From contig JBIJCF010000002.1 of the NCBI GenBank assembly GCA_044344795.1, positions 98,845-162,844 on the forward strand: 64,000 nucleotides of DNA, written 5' to 3'. This document shows, in pieces, positions 28,948-38,400 of this stretch. Below the pieces are notes generated by a model, which saw only the letters and a list, made by a program, of their open reading frames with translations, was not told the origin of the DNA and did not search any database. The position numbers and the translations under genes were made by a program. The DNA is from Bacteroidia bacterium. GTDB taxonomy: Bacteria > Bacteroidota > Bacteroidia > Palsa-965. Every line of letters starts with the position of its first letter. Within the stretch, counting starts at the first letter, position 1.

Positions 28948-30314
28948 AAGTGTTGTTAACGCATGCGTATTATTTAAATGAAGATCCCAAGGAACAGGCG
29001 ATCATGAAGCCGTATGTTCCACTAGGAATACTTTATTTATCGGCGTATTTGGACGAGCACAAGGTGGAACATGAAGTCTTTGACAGTACCTTTTCGCGAT
29101 TCGATGAGCACTTTGGGCATATTCAGAACAAACAATACGACGTAGTTGCGATTTACACGAATCTAATGACGAAACTGAATGTGCTGAAATTAATCAAAGC
29201 CATAAAAAATGATGGTTCGTTAAAACATTCACGAATTTTACTTGGTGGCCCTGAGGTGCGAAATCATGCTGAAGCTTTTTTAAACTATGGTGCGGACGTG
29301 TTAATTGTCGGGGAAGGTGAAGAAACATTGTTGGAGGTAGTGCAGCACTTACAAACCGGAAGTAGCAAGTGGCCGGAGATTGCAGGAACAATTATTCTGA
29401 AGGAAGGGAAAGTTCATCAGCATCAGGAACGTGCTTTAGTTAAAGATATCAATACGTTGCCTTTTCCTAATAGACATCGTGTAGACTTGACCAAGTATCA
29501 AGATGTATGGAAAAAGTATCACGGGTATAGCATGGTTTCCATGAGCACTATGCGAGGTTGTCCGTACACTTGCAAATGGTGTAGTCGTGCTGTTTACGGC
29601 GGAACATATCGTCGCCGCAGTGCAAAGCTAGTGGTGGATGAAATTGACATTATTAAGCGCGATTATAATCCTGATAAAATTTGGTTTGTTGATGATGTGT
29701 TCACGATTAATCATAAATGGTTACGTGAATTTGCCGATGAGCTGGAGCGAAGAAATGTTTGTGTTTCGTATGAAATCATAACGCGTGCCGATCGCATGAA
29801 TGATGAGGTGATCGAACTGCTGCGAAGAAGTGGTTGTTTTCGCGTGTGGATTGGAGCAGAAAGCGGTTCACAGAAAATAATTGACGCCATGGATCGCCGT
29901 GTTGACGTTATGAAAGTGCGAGAGATGATTAAGAAAAGTCGTCGGGCAGGAATCGAGGCAGGAACATTCATTATGTTGGGATATCCGGGCGAATCACGAA
30001 CGGATATCAAAGAAACCATCGAACATTTGGTGGATGCGGCTCCTGATTTGTACACGATTACCGTCGCTTATCCGATTAAAGGAACACGCTTGTACGAAGA
30101 AGTACAGGACAAATTGACTACGTTTTTGAATTGGGCAGAGTCAACAGATCGGGACTTAGATTTTAAACGCACACATAGCAGAAAATATTACGACTACGCC
30201 GTACGTTGGGTGTATAATGCAGTTGCAGCAAGTAGGACAGATTCGCTTTTCGCAAAAATGAAGTACACGCTCAAAGGTTGGGCGATGCAACTATTTATGC
30301 TCTTTGCATCCTAG
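28944..30314 (+). CDS. B12-binding-domain radical SAM protein (paralogue C, closest to B)
   Basis: MKVLLTHAYYLNEDPKE...PYVPLGILY N-terminus, GCPYTCKWCSR cluster and VWIGAESGSQKIIDAMDRR. Confidence 0.85.
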   Translation: MKVLLTHAYYLNEDPKEQAIMKPYVPLGILYLSAYLDEHKVEHEVFDSTFSRFDEHFGHIQNKQYDVVAIYTNLMTKLNVLKLIKAIKNDGSLKHSRILLGGPEVRNHAEAFLNYGADVLIVGEGEETLLEVVQHLQTGSSKWPEIAGTIILKEGKVHQHQERALVKDINTLPFPNRHRVDLTKYQDVWKKYHGYSMVSMSTMRGCPYTCKWCSRAVYGGTYRRRSAKLVVDEIDIIKRDYNPDKIWFVDDVFTINHKWLREFADELERRNVCVSYEIITRADRMNDEVIELLRRSGCFRVWIGAESGSQKIIDAMDRRVDVMKVREMIKKSRRAGIEAGTFIMLGYPGESRTDIKETIEHLVDAAPDLYTITVAYPIKGTRLYEEVQDKLTTFLNWAESTDRDLDFKRTHSRKYYDYAVRWVYNAVAASRTDSLFAKMKYTLKGWAMQLFMLFAS

Positions 30315-31555
30315 CGAATTTCCTTCGGGAAGCACAGGAAATATTTCTTCACCGGTTGCGCCAGCACAGATATGTTGAACAAGTCTGCAGCTTCGGCAAT
30401 ATCCATCACTTGCCCGTTCTTGAATAAGATATTGATGCGAATCTGATCGCTGCTATAAGCCTTGTTCTGAACGGCACCCGTAAAAACAAAATAATGCAAT
30501 TCATCTTTGCGAATACCCAGTTTTTTCATGGCCGCTTTCCGGCGCTTATCCACATATGCTCCTGCAAAAGGTTTATGCTGAAGTTCTACAGCATACAAAT
30601 TGCGGTTAACCATCCATTGGCACAGCGTCGAAAGTATGGTATCCTCGCATGCTGCCCAAACTTTAATCGACGTCATAATGTCGTAATCGTCCAAAGCAGC
30701 AAAAGTTTCCAATACTTCAGGTCTATTAATGAATGCCGATTTCGTAAAACGGTTGTACAGAAACAAACGTAATGCCGGTGTGCAAAAAAGTTCTTCTCCG
30801 CTTTCCGCCAAATCTTTCGCTCGTTTCAATATGTTCACGAGTAAATGTTCTGCACTTAATACAGTTTTGTGCAAATACACTTGCCAGTACATCAGTCTGC
30901 GAGCAATAATGAATTTCTCGATAGAGTAAATCCCTTTATCCTCTACTACCAATTCGTCATTTACAACATTCAGCATTTTTACAATACGATCGCTGCTTAC
31001 GATGCCTTCAGAAACACCGGTGAAAAAGCTGTCGCGACGTAAATAATCGAGGCGGTCCATATCCAGCTGACTGGATACCAATTGATGTAAGAATTTCTTC
31101 TTGTATTTATTTCTGAAAATTGAAATCGCTGTGGTCAGTTGTCCTTTGAATTCCTTATTTAAGCGATCCATGATCAATCCGGAGATGTCTTCATGGGTAA
31201 TATGATGCACAATGCTGGTTTCAAGTGCATGCGAAAAAGGCCCGTGACCAATGTCATGTAAAAGAATAGCAATAAGTGCCCCTTCCGCTTCTTCGTTTGT
31301 AATGGCGTGACCTTTACTTCGAATAACTTCGATAGTTTCATGCATTAAGTGCATGGCTCCCATGGCGTGATGAAAGCGCGTGTGATTTGCGCCCGGATAT
31401 ACAAGGCTCGTTAAACCAAGCTGGCGGATTCTACGCAATCGCTGAAAATAAGGGTGGCTGATCAATTGAAAAACCAGATCCGAAGGAACGGTAATAAACC
31501 CGTAAACCGGATCGTTGAATATTTTTCTTTTAGGTTGGCTTTTCATCAGCGACAA
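30311..31555 (-). CDS. SAMHD1-like HD-domain phosphohydrolase (putative dNTP triphosphohydrolase)
   Basis: KIFNDPVYGFITVP...YFQRLRRIRQLGL...GANHTRFHHAMGAMHL...LLHDIGHGPFSH closely parallels the SAMHD1/EF1143-type HD core. Confidence 0.8.
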   Translation of the reverse strand: MSLMKSQPKRKIFNDPVYGFITVPSDLVFQLISHPYFQRLRRIRQLGLTSLVYPGANHTRFHHAMGAMHLMHETIEVIRSKGHAITNEEAEGALIAILLHDIGHGPFSHALETSIVHHITHEDISGLIMDRLNKEFKGQLTTAISIFRNKYKKKFLHQLVSSQLDMDRLDYLRRDSFFTGVSEGIVSSDRIVKMLNVVNDELVVEDKGIYSIEKFIIARRLMYWQVYLHKTVLSAEHLLVNILKRAKDLAESGEELFCTPALRLFLYNRFTKSAFINRPEVLETFAALDDYDIMTSIKVWAACEDTILSTLCQWMVNRNLYAVELQHKPFAGAYVDKRRKAAMKKLGIRKDELHYFVFTGAVQNKAYSSDQIRINILFKNGQVMDIAEAADLFNISVLAQPVKKYFLCFPKEIR

Positions 31556-31663
31556 AAGTAAGGCAAGGTTTTCATTTAATCACACCTCCACACGTGGTAA
31601 TAAAAATGAACTCCCCGATAATAAGTATCTTCGTTACACGTTATTGACGTGATACTTCAAACT

Positions 31664-33217
31664 ATGGATAAAATTAAAATTTTGTGGGCGGATGATGAGA
31701 TTGACTTGCTCAAACCGCATATCATGTTTCTGAATGAAAAAGGTTATGCCGTTACTACTGCAACCAGCGGCAATGAGGCAGTTGATATTATCGAGAAAGA
31801 GGAATTTGATATTGTATTTCTGGATGAAAATATGCCGGGTTTATCGGGCCTGGCGGCGTTGACTAAAATCAAGGAGCTGCGGAATGCTGTTCCTGTCGTG
31901 ATGATAACCAAAAGCGAAGAAGAGAATTTGATGGAAGATGCTATCGGCTCTAAAATTGCAGATTACCTGATCAAGCCGGTTAATCCCAATCAGATTTTGC
32001 TTTCGCTGAAAAAAATTCTGGATAACCGACGTATCGTATCTCAAAAAACAACCAGTGGTTATCAGCAGGAATTTCGCTCCATTGGAATGACATTAAACGA
32101 CCGATTGAATCACGCGGAGTGGGCCGACATTTATAAGAAATTAATTTATTGGGAGCTGGAATTGGAGAAGACGCAAGACGACTCCATGCACGAAATTCTT
32201 ACCATGCAAAAACGTGAAGCCAATGTCGCATTCTGCAAGTTTGTAGAGCAGCATTACATCGATTGGTTGAACGGCAAAGACAAGAATCCTCCGGTATTGT
32301 CGCACATGTTATTGAATAAAAAACTAGCGCCGCTGCTGGATAAAGAGGAAGTTGTGTTTTTTGTGTTGATTGACAATTTGCGGTATGATCAATGGAAAGT
32401 GTTGCAACCCGTAATTAGTCAGTACTTCCGTGTAGAGCAGGAGGATATGTTCTATTCGATTTTGCCGACTGCTACACAATATGCGCGAAATGCTTTGTTC
32501 GCCGGGTTATTGCCATCTGAAATGGAGAAGCGTTATCCGAATTTGTGGAAGAATGACGATGATGAAGGTGGAAAGAATTTGCATGAAGACGAATTCCTCG
32601 CGGGGAATCTGAAACGCATAGGTAAGGATGTGAAGTTTTCATACAATAAAATCACCAACTACAATTCCGGGAAGAAGCTCGCGGAAGGCGTTGCTAATTT
32701 GATGCAGAACAAATTGAACGTTATCGTTTATAACTTCGTGGATATGCTTTCACACGCGCGTACGGAAATGGAAGTAATTCGTGAATTGGCAGATGATGAT
32801 GCAGCATATCGTTCACTGACATTATCGTGGTTCGAGCATTCGCCTTTGCACGATATCATTAAACAAGTAGGCGAGCGCAAATGCCGATTGATCATAACGA
32901 CAGATCATGGTACCATCAAGGTAACTGAACCCAGTAAGATTGTTGGCGATCGTAATGTAAATACCAACCTTCGCTACAAGCAAGGCAAAAGTCTTGACTA
33001 TGTTAAACGAGACGTATTTGAAATTAAAAATCCTTCTGATGCGTTCTTGCCAAAAAACAACGTGAGTTCAACTTATGTGTTTGCCAAGCAGGATATGTTT
33101 TTCGCGTATCCGAACAACTATAATCACTACGTCAGCTACTACCGGAATACGTTTCAGCATGGAGGCATTTCGTTAGAAGAAATGATTATTCCGTTTATCT
33201 CTTTAACACCACGATAA
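31664..33217 (+). CDS. porX: PorX-type response regulator (CheY receiver + PglZ/alkaline-phosphatase-superfamily domain)
   Basis: MDKIKILWADDEIDLL...FLDENMPGLSG receiver, then DNLRYDQW and TTDHGT PglZ motifs; about 517 aa. The ORF track opens 5 codons earlier, at 31649. Confidence 0.8.
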   Translation: MDKIKILWADDEIDLLKPHIMFLNEKGYAVTTATSGNEAVDIIEKEEFDIVFLDENMPGLSGLAALTKIKELRNAVPVVMITKSEEENLMEDAIGSKIADYLIKPVNPNQILLSLKKILDNRRIVSQKTTSGYQQEFRSIGMTLNDRLNHAEWADIYKKLIYWELELEKTQDDSMHEILTMQKREANVAFCKFVEQHYIDWLNGKDKNPPVLSHMLLNKKLAPLLDKEEVVFFVLIDNLRYDQWKVLQPVISQYFRVEQEDMFYSILPTATQYARNALFAGLLPSEMEKRYPNLWKNDDDEGGKNLHEDEFLAGNLKRIGKDVKFSYNKITNYNSGKKLAEGVANLMQNKLNVIVYNFVDMLSHARTEMEVIRELADDDAAYRSLTLSWFEHSPLHDIIKQVGERKCRLIITTDHGTIKVTEPSKIVGDRNVNTNLRYKQGKSLDYVKRDVFEIKNPSDAFLPKNNVSSTYVFAKQDMFFAYPNNYNHYVSYYRNTFQHGGISLEEMIIPFISLTPR

Positions 33218-33218
33218 C

Positions 33219-33644
33219 ATGCAATTAAAAGTTCGCGATAAGAAAGAATTACAAGTTGCAGCTGCACACTTGTTGAACGAGTTTCCTGATAGACGGGTGT
33301 TTACTTTTACCGGTGATTTAGGTGCAGGAAAAACTACTTTTATTAAGGCCTTGTGTAAAGAACTGAAAGTAACCGATGCCACTTCAAGCCCGACTTTTGC
33401 CGTAGTTAATGAATACAGGACGGAACAGAATGGCACAATTTATCATTTTGATTTATACCGGATGAAATCACTGAGTGAGGTGTTCGATACGGGTATAGAA
33501 GAATACTTATATAGCGGGAATTATTGTTTCATTGAATGGCCGGATAGAGCAGAGGATTTGATCCCGGGCGACGCTGTTCGTGTGGTAATTAATGTAATTG
33601 ATGATGTCCGTCATATTGGTGCGGAGGCATTCACGCTGAGTTAG
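33219..33644 (+). CDS. tsaE: tRNA t6A37 biosynthesis ATPase TsaE
   Basis: GDLGAGKTTFIKALCKEL P-loop, SPTFAVVNEY and HFDLYR motifs; 141 aa. Confidence 0.9.
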   Translation: MQLKVRDKKELQVAAAHLLNEFPDRRVFTFTGDLGAGKTTFIKALCKELKVTDATSSPTFAVVNEYRTEQNGTIYHFDLYRMKSLSEVFDTGIEEYLYSGNYCFIEWPDRAEDLIPGDAVRVVINVIDDVRHIGAEAFTLS

Positions 33645-33701
33645 CTTGTTCTATCGCCTAAGATCGCGTATCTTTAACGAGTTTACTCAGCCTGCCAAAC
33701 T

Positions 33702-34922
33702 ATGAAAACATCACGCGACGTTCTTTTGTCGCTTACCAAAGGAGCCTTAATGCCTCAGGAGGAAATGCTCGAGGTGGCGAAGCGTAAAGGCCGACTCAAC
33801 ATTGGAATCCCTAAGGAAATCACGTTTCAGGAAAATCGTATACCGTTAGTTCCGGATGATGTGGCTTTGCTCGTTAATCATGGGCACAATGTTTTGGTAG
33901 AAACGGGTTCCGGTAACAGCTCGAATTTTCAGGATCATGATTATTCGGAAGCCGGTGCACAGATCGCATACGGTGCTGAAGAGGTATACAAGAATGCGGA
34001 TACGATTATCAAAGTTGCTCCACCATCGCTGGCAGAAATCGAATTCATGCAGCCTAAGCAAACATTGTTTTCTACGTTGCAACTTCCTGCGCAGCCTGAA
34101 AACTTTTTGCGAAAACTTATTGATAAGAAAGTTTCTGCAATTGCTTATGAATGGATTAAAGACGAAGATGGCGTGTTCCCTGTAATTCGCGCTATGGGAG
34201 AAATTGCGGGTGGAACGTCAATTCTTATCGCAGCAGAATATTTATCGAACACTAATAACGGACAAGGTGCTATTCTGGGCGGAATTTCAGGCGTTGCTCC
34301 TACGGAAGTTGTTATTATTGGTGCAGGAACTGTTGGGGAATATGCTGCACGCGCAGCACTCGGATTAGGTGCAACAGTTAAGGTGTTTGATAATTCTGTT
34401 TATCGATTGCGTCGATTACAAAACGTAATGGGAACACGTATTTTCACTTCTATCATTCAGCCTCGTGTATTGGCCAAACATTTGAAAACAGCAGATGTTG
34501 CCATTGGTGCTTTGCGTGCCAGCGGAGGAAGAACGCCGCTCGTTGTTACTGAGGAAATGGTGCAGGAAATGAAGGCAGGCTCTGTTATTGTTGATGTAAG
34601 CATTGATCAGGGCGGATGCTTCGAAACTTCCCGTGTTACTAATCACACAACTCCTGTATTTCGCAAGCATGGCGTTGTGCATTACTGCGTTCCGAATATT
34701 GCTTCCCGCGTATCACGTACTGCATCGTATGCATTAAGCACCATTTTTACCCCGATTTTGAAGAATATGGGTGACGAAGGGGGACTGTCCAATATGTTAC
34801 GTCATAACATTGGTGTTCGTAACGGTGTTTATGTGTACAATGGTATTTTGACCAATAAGTATTTGGGTGAGTTATTCAATTTACCGTCCAAGGATCTAGA
34901 CTTGTTGGTGGCTGCATTATGA
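33702..34922 (+). CDS. ald: Alanine dehydrogenase / PNT-family NAD-dependent dehydrogenase
   Basis: AlaDH/PNT N-terminal domain (GIPKEITFQENRIPLVPDDV) and Rossmann motif VIIGAGTVGEYAARAA. At 406 aa it is longer than canonical Ald, so the substrate is uncertain. Confidence 0.65.
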   Translation: MKTSRDVLLSLTKGALMPQEEMLEVAKRKGRLNIGIPKEITFQENRIPLVPDDVALLVNHGHNVLVETGSGNSSNFQDHDYSEAGAQIAYGAEEVYKNADTIIKVAPPSLAEIEFMQPKQTLFSTLQLPAQPENFLRKLIDKKVSAIAYEWIKDEDGVFPVIRAMGEIAGGTSILIAAEYLSNTNNGQGAILGGISGVAPTEVVIIGAGTVGEYAARAALGLGATVKVFDNSVYRLRRLQNVMGTRIFTSIIQPRVLAKHLKTADVAIGALRASGGRTPLVVTEEMVQEMKAGSVIVDVSIDQGGCFETSRVTNHTTPVFRKHGVVHYCVPNIASRVSRTASYALSTIFTPILKNMGDEGGLSNMLRHNIGVRNGVYVYNGILTNKYLGELFNLPSKDLDLLVAAL

Positions 34923-35332
34923 CCTGGAAGCGCAGATTTTATCTTTACTTTTTCGGTCTCGGAATCGGCTTGCTCATCACCTGGGTATTTTTCTGGCGTG
35001 ACGGGAAACGCGATATAGGAGGCTGGCTACCCGACAACAGAGTGGTGACGTTTTTAACGGCTGTGCCTGAAATTAAAATGGACTCTTCATTACAGTGTGT
35101 GTTAACCTGTAATGGAATTGATCAAGCCAAGCTTAGAGAAGGTTTACTTACTGCAGAAGTGAACTTTGACAAGAGTCAACCCCAAAAAGAGCCTTGTCGC
35201 GAATATCTGCTAACCCTTACTGCTGCCGGTAAAAGATTGGACGGGTATTTCGAAGCCTGCATGAATGATTCAACGGCGCGATTGTTAAAGGTGCAATTCG
35301 CTCAAGGAGCAGCAACCTGCGACTGTAAATAA
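34919..35332 (+). CDS. Hypothetical small Cys-rich membrane-anchored protein
   Basis: N-terminal TM (FYLYFFGLGIGLLITWVFFW) and 7 Cys. The ATGA overlap with the upstream gene suggests translational coupling. Confidence 0.45.
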   Translation: MTWKRRFYLYFFGLGIGLLITWVFFWRDGKRDIGGWLPDNRVVTFLTAVPEIKMDSSLQCVLTCNGIDQAKLREGLLTAEVNFDKSQPQKEPCREYLLTLTAAGKRLDGYFEACMNDSTARLLKVQFAQGAATCDCK

Positions 35333-35410
35333 TTCTTGCTTTTGTTATTTGATACGTGTACATTGTAGTATCAAAAATTAATCGCACACCTCATTCTCCA
35401 TTCTATTTAC

Positions 35411-38400
35411 ATGAGAAAATCACTACTTACAGCTGTTGTTGTCGGAATTGCTTGTGCTTCAGCATTGATGGCGCAGCAGGAATTTAAAGGCAATGAAGCT
35501 TCTCGCTTATTCCCGGGAAGCAATCGAGTTCTAATTAATGAACAATCACGCGTGCCGTCATTTGTGGTGATGGCGCCCGGTGCTAATGTGAGCAAAGCAA
35601 ACGCCTTGGACGGGTTACGTAACACATTAAAAATGTCGACTGCTGATGGCCTTGTTCCAAAACGTGAAGAAAAAGATAAGCTAGGATTTACACACTCGCG
35701 TTACCGTCAAATGTATGCGGGATTCAATGTAGAAGACGGTGAGTACATCCTTCATGAACGTAACGGACGCGTGGAAACGATGAACGGTATGTGGTTTGAT
35801 CAGATTACCGTTAATACAGCACCATCGTTGACAGAAGCTGCTGCGTTGAGTAAGGCGCTGGAATTTGTCGGCGCAACTACTTACAAGTGGGAAGTTCCGG
35901 GAGAAAACGAATGGCTGCAGATCATCACCAATAATGCAAATGCAACATATTATCCGAAAGGAGAACTTGTTGTAGTTTGCGAGAACGGTGATTATAAGAA
36001 GAAGAACTATCGATTCGCGTACAAGTTCGATGTTTATGCCAGTGAACCAATGTCACGTCAATGGATTTTTGTGGATGCACACTCCGGGGCAATCGTTAAT
36101 ACGAAAAACAGAATTCATACGATCGATACACCGGGTACAGGTTTAACCATGTACAGCGGAACACAAAACATTACCGTAGATAGTTTCAATGGTCAGTATC
36201 GTTTGCGCGAATCTGGTCGTGGGCAAGGTGTTCAGACCTTCGATTTGAATAATGGAACCAACACTGCTAACGCAGTTGATTTTATCAGCGCAACAACAGC
36301 ATTTACAACAACTACCAATGATGATCATTGTGCTAACGATGCGCATTGGGGCGCAGAAGGAACTTACGATTTCTACATGACTGAAATGGGTCGAAATGGT
36401 ATTGATAATAATGGGATGTTGATGGTGTCATATGTGCATTATGGAAATAATTACAACAACGCATTCTGGAATGGCACCGAAATGACCTATGGCGATGGAA
36501 GCGGCCAGCCCGGAGGATTTAATCCTTTAACCGCTATTGATGTGTGTGCGCATGAATTTACTCACGGGGTGACTGAGTTCTCTGCAAATCTTGTATATCA
36601 AGATGAGCCGGGAGCTTTAAACGAATCGTTCTCTGATATTTTCGGTGCAGCCATTGAGTGGTATAAAAAGCCTGCACAAGGCGACTGGCTGATGGGTGAG
36701 GAGATTACTGTAAATGCGAATTCTGCATTGCGTAGCATGAGTAATCCAAATCAATTCGGAGATCCGGATTGTTACACCGGAACCAATTGGTATGTGGGTA
36801 CGAACGATAATGGAGGTGTACACACTAACAGTGGGGTTCAGAATTATTGGTACTATTTGTTAAGCGTTGGAGGTTCGGGTACCAATGATTTAAATGACGC
36901 CTTTAGTGTTACGGGAATCGGTTACATGCCGGCTGCAGATATCGCATTCAGAAATCTTACTGTGTACCTCACAAGTTCTTCTCAATACGCGGATGCGCGC
37001 ACGTATGCCATTCAATCTGCACAAGATTTGTTCGGCGCATGTACTCCGGAAGTTGAAGCGACCACTAATGCATGGTATGCTTGTGGTGTTGGCGGACCTT
37101 ACAATCCTACTGTTACAGCAGCATTTGCGGCTAATCTAACTTCATCTTGTTCTGTGCCTGCAACAGTAACCTTCACCAACAACAGCACGAATACCAACAC
37201 AGCAGTTTGGGATTTTGGTGATAATTCTACATCAACCAACTACAACCCTACACATGTATACAACACTCCCGGCACCTACAACGTACAGTTAATTGGTAGC
37301 AGTGCTTGTGGTATTGATACAGTGCTGCAATCTTCGTTTATTACAATTAACACCCCTCCGGCTGCAACAGGAACAGGTGCTTCAAGTTGTACTCCCGCCA
37401 GCATGACATTATCTGCAACGGGCAGCGGAAACTTATCGTGGTTCGCTCAACCAACCGGTGGAACCGCGCTTGCAACCGGCAATTCTTATACAACTCCTGT
37501 TTTGAATAATACCACTACATACTACGTGGAAAATCAAGTTCCACAAACACCGGGTAATGTGGGTCCTGCTAACACCACGTTCGGAACAGGCGGGCAGCAC
37601 AATAATACTTCAACGCAATATCTTGAATTTACCGTCTTGCAGCCTTGTACATTAGGTACTGCATTGGTGAATGCAGGTTCTTCCGGTAATAAGACATTTG
37701 TGTTGTGGGATAATACAGGCAATCAAATTAGTACATACCAAGTGAATGTTCCTGCAACAGGAGTACAAACTATAACACTTAATATTCCTTTGAATCCGGG
37801 TTCATACAGAATAGGTGGAACACAAATGAATCTCTATCGTCATAATGGCGGTGTGAATTATCCCTACACCTTGAGTAATCTCTTAAGTATTACCGGTTCT
37901 TCCGCAGGCTCAGGTTTTTATTATTATTTGTACAACTGGCAAATTATTCCGCAGCCATGCACAGCGCCACGTACACCTGTTATTGCAACAATCGGTGTCA
38001 ATAACGTTACGTTAGATGTAAGTTCATACGACACTTTGTGTACGACAATACCATCTATCAACTTATCCGGTGGTAGTCCTGCGGGAGGAACATATTCAGG
38101 TCCCGGCATTGCGAACGGAGTGTTCGATCCGGCAATTGCCGGTCCCGGAGTGCACATAATTACATACACATACACAGATCAGAATAATTGCACCGGCACC
38201 TCATCTCAATCTGTGTTTGTAGATGTATGTTCCGGAATTGATGCAGGTTCGTATGATAACTACGTTTCTATTTATCCAAATCCTTCAGAGGGCGCATTTA
38301 CTATTGAAATTACATCGTCATCAAACGATCAACGCGCAACATTAGAATTGATGAATGCTTTAGGTCAGATCGTAATGAGTGATCGTGTGGTCACTACTGC

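Noticed and set aside
23487-30400. Search for a RiPP precursor peptide or small leader ORF associated with the radical SAM enzymes.
   Set aside because: Every gene junction inside the operon is an overlap. The only intergenic space is 109 bp upstream, and it contains no plausible short ORF with a start codon. A distal precursor cannot be excluded.
30311-31555. The SAMHD1-like HD protein as an anti-phage dNTP-depletion defence gene.
   Set aside because: There are no neighbouring defence genes. As far as I recall, this HD protein is a conserved core neighbour of the lpx genes in Bacteroidota, so a housekeeping role is more likely. It is listed as a feature only.
22000-32000. The idea that the radical SAM operon is carried on a mobile element or genomic island.
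   Set aside because: No integrase, transposase, tRNA attachment site, inverted repeats or direct repeats are visible at the borders. Any insertion is inferred only from remembered synteny and needs comparative genomics.
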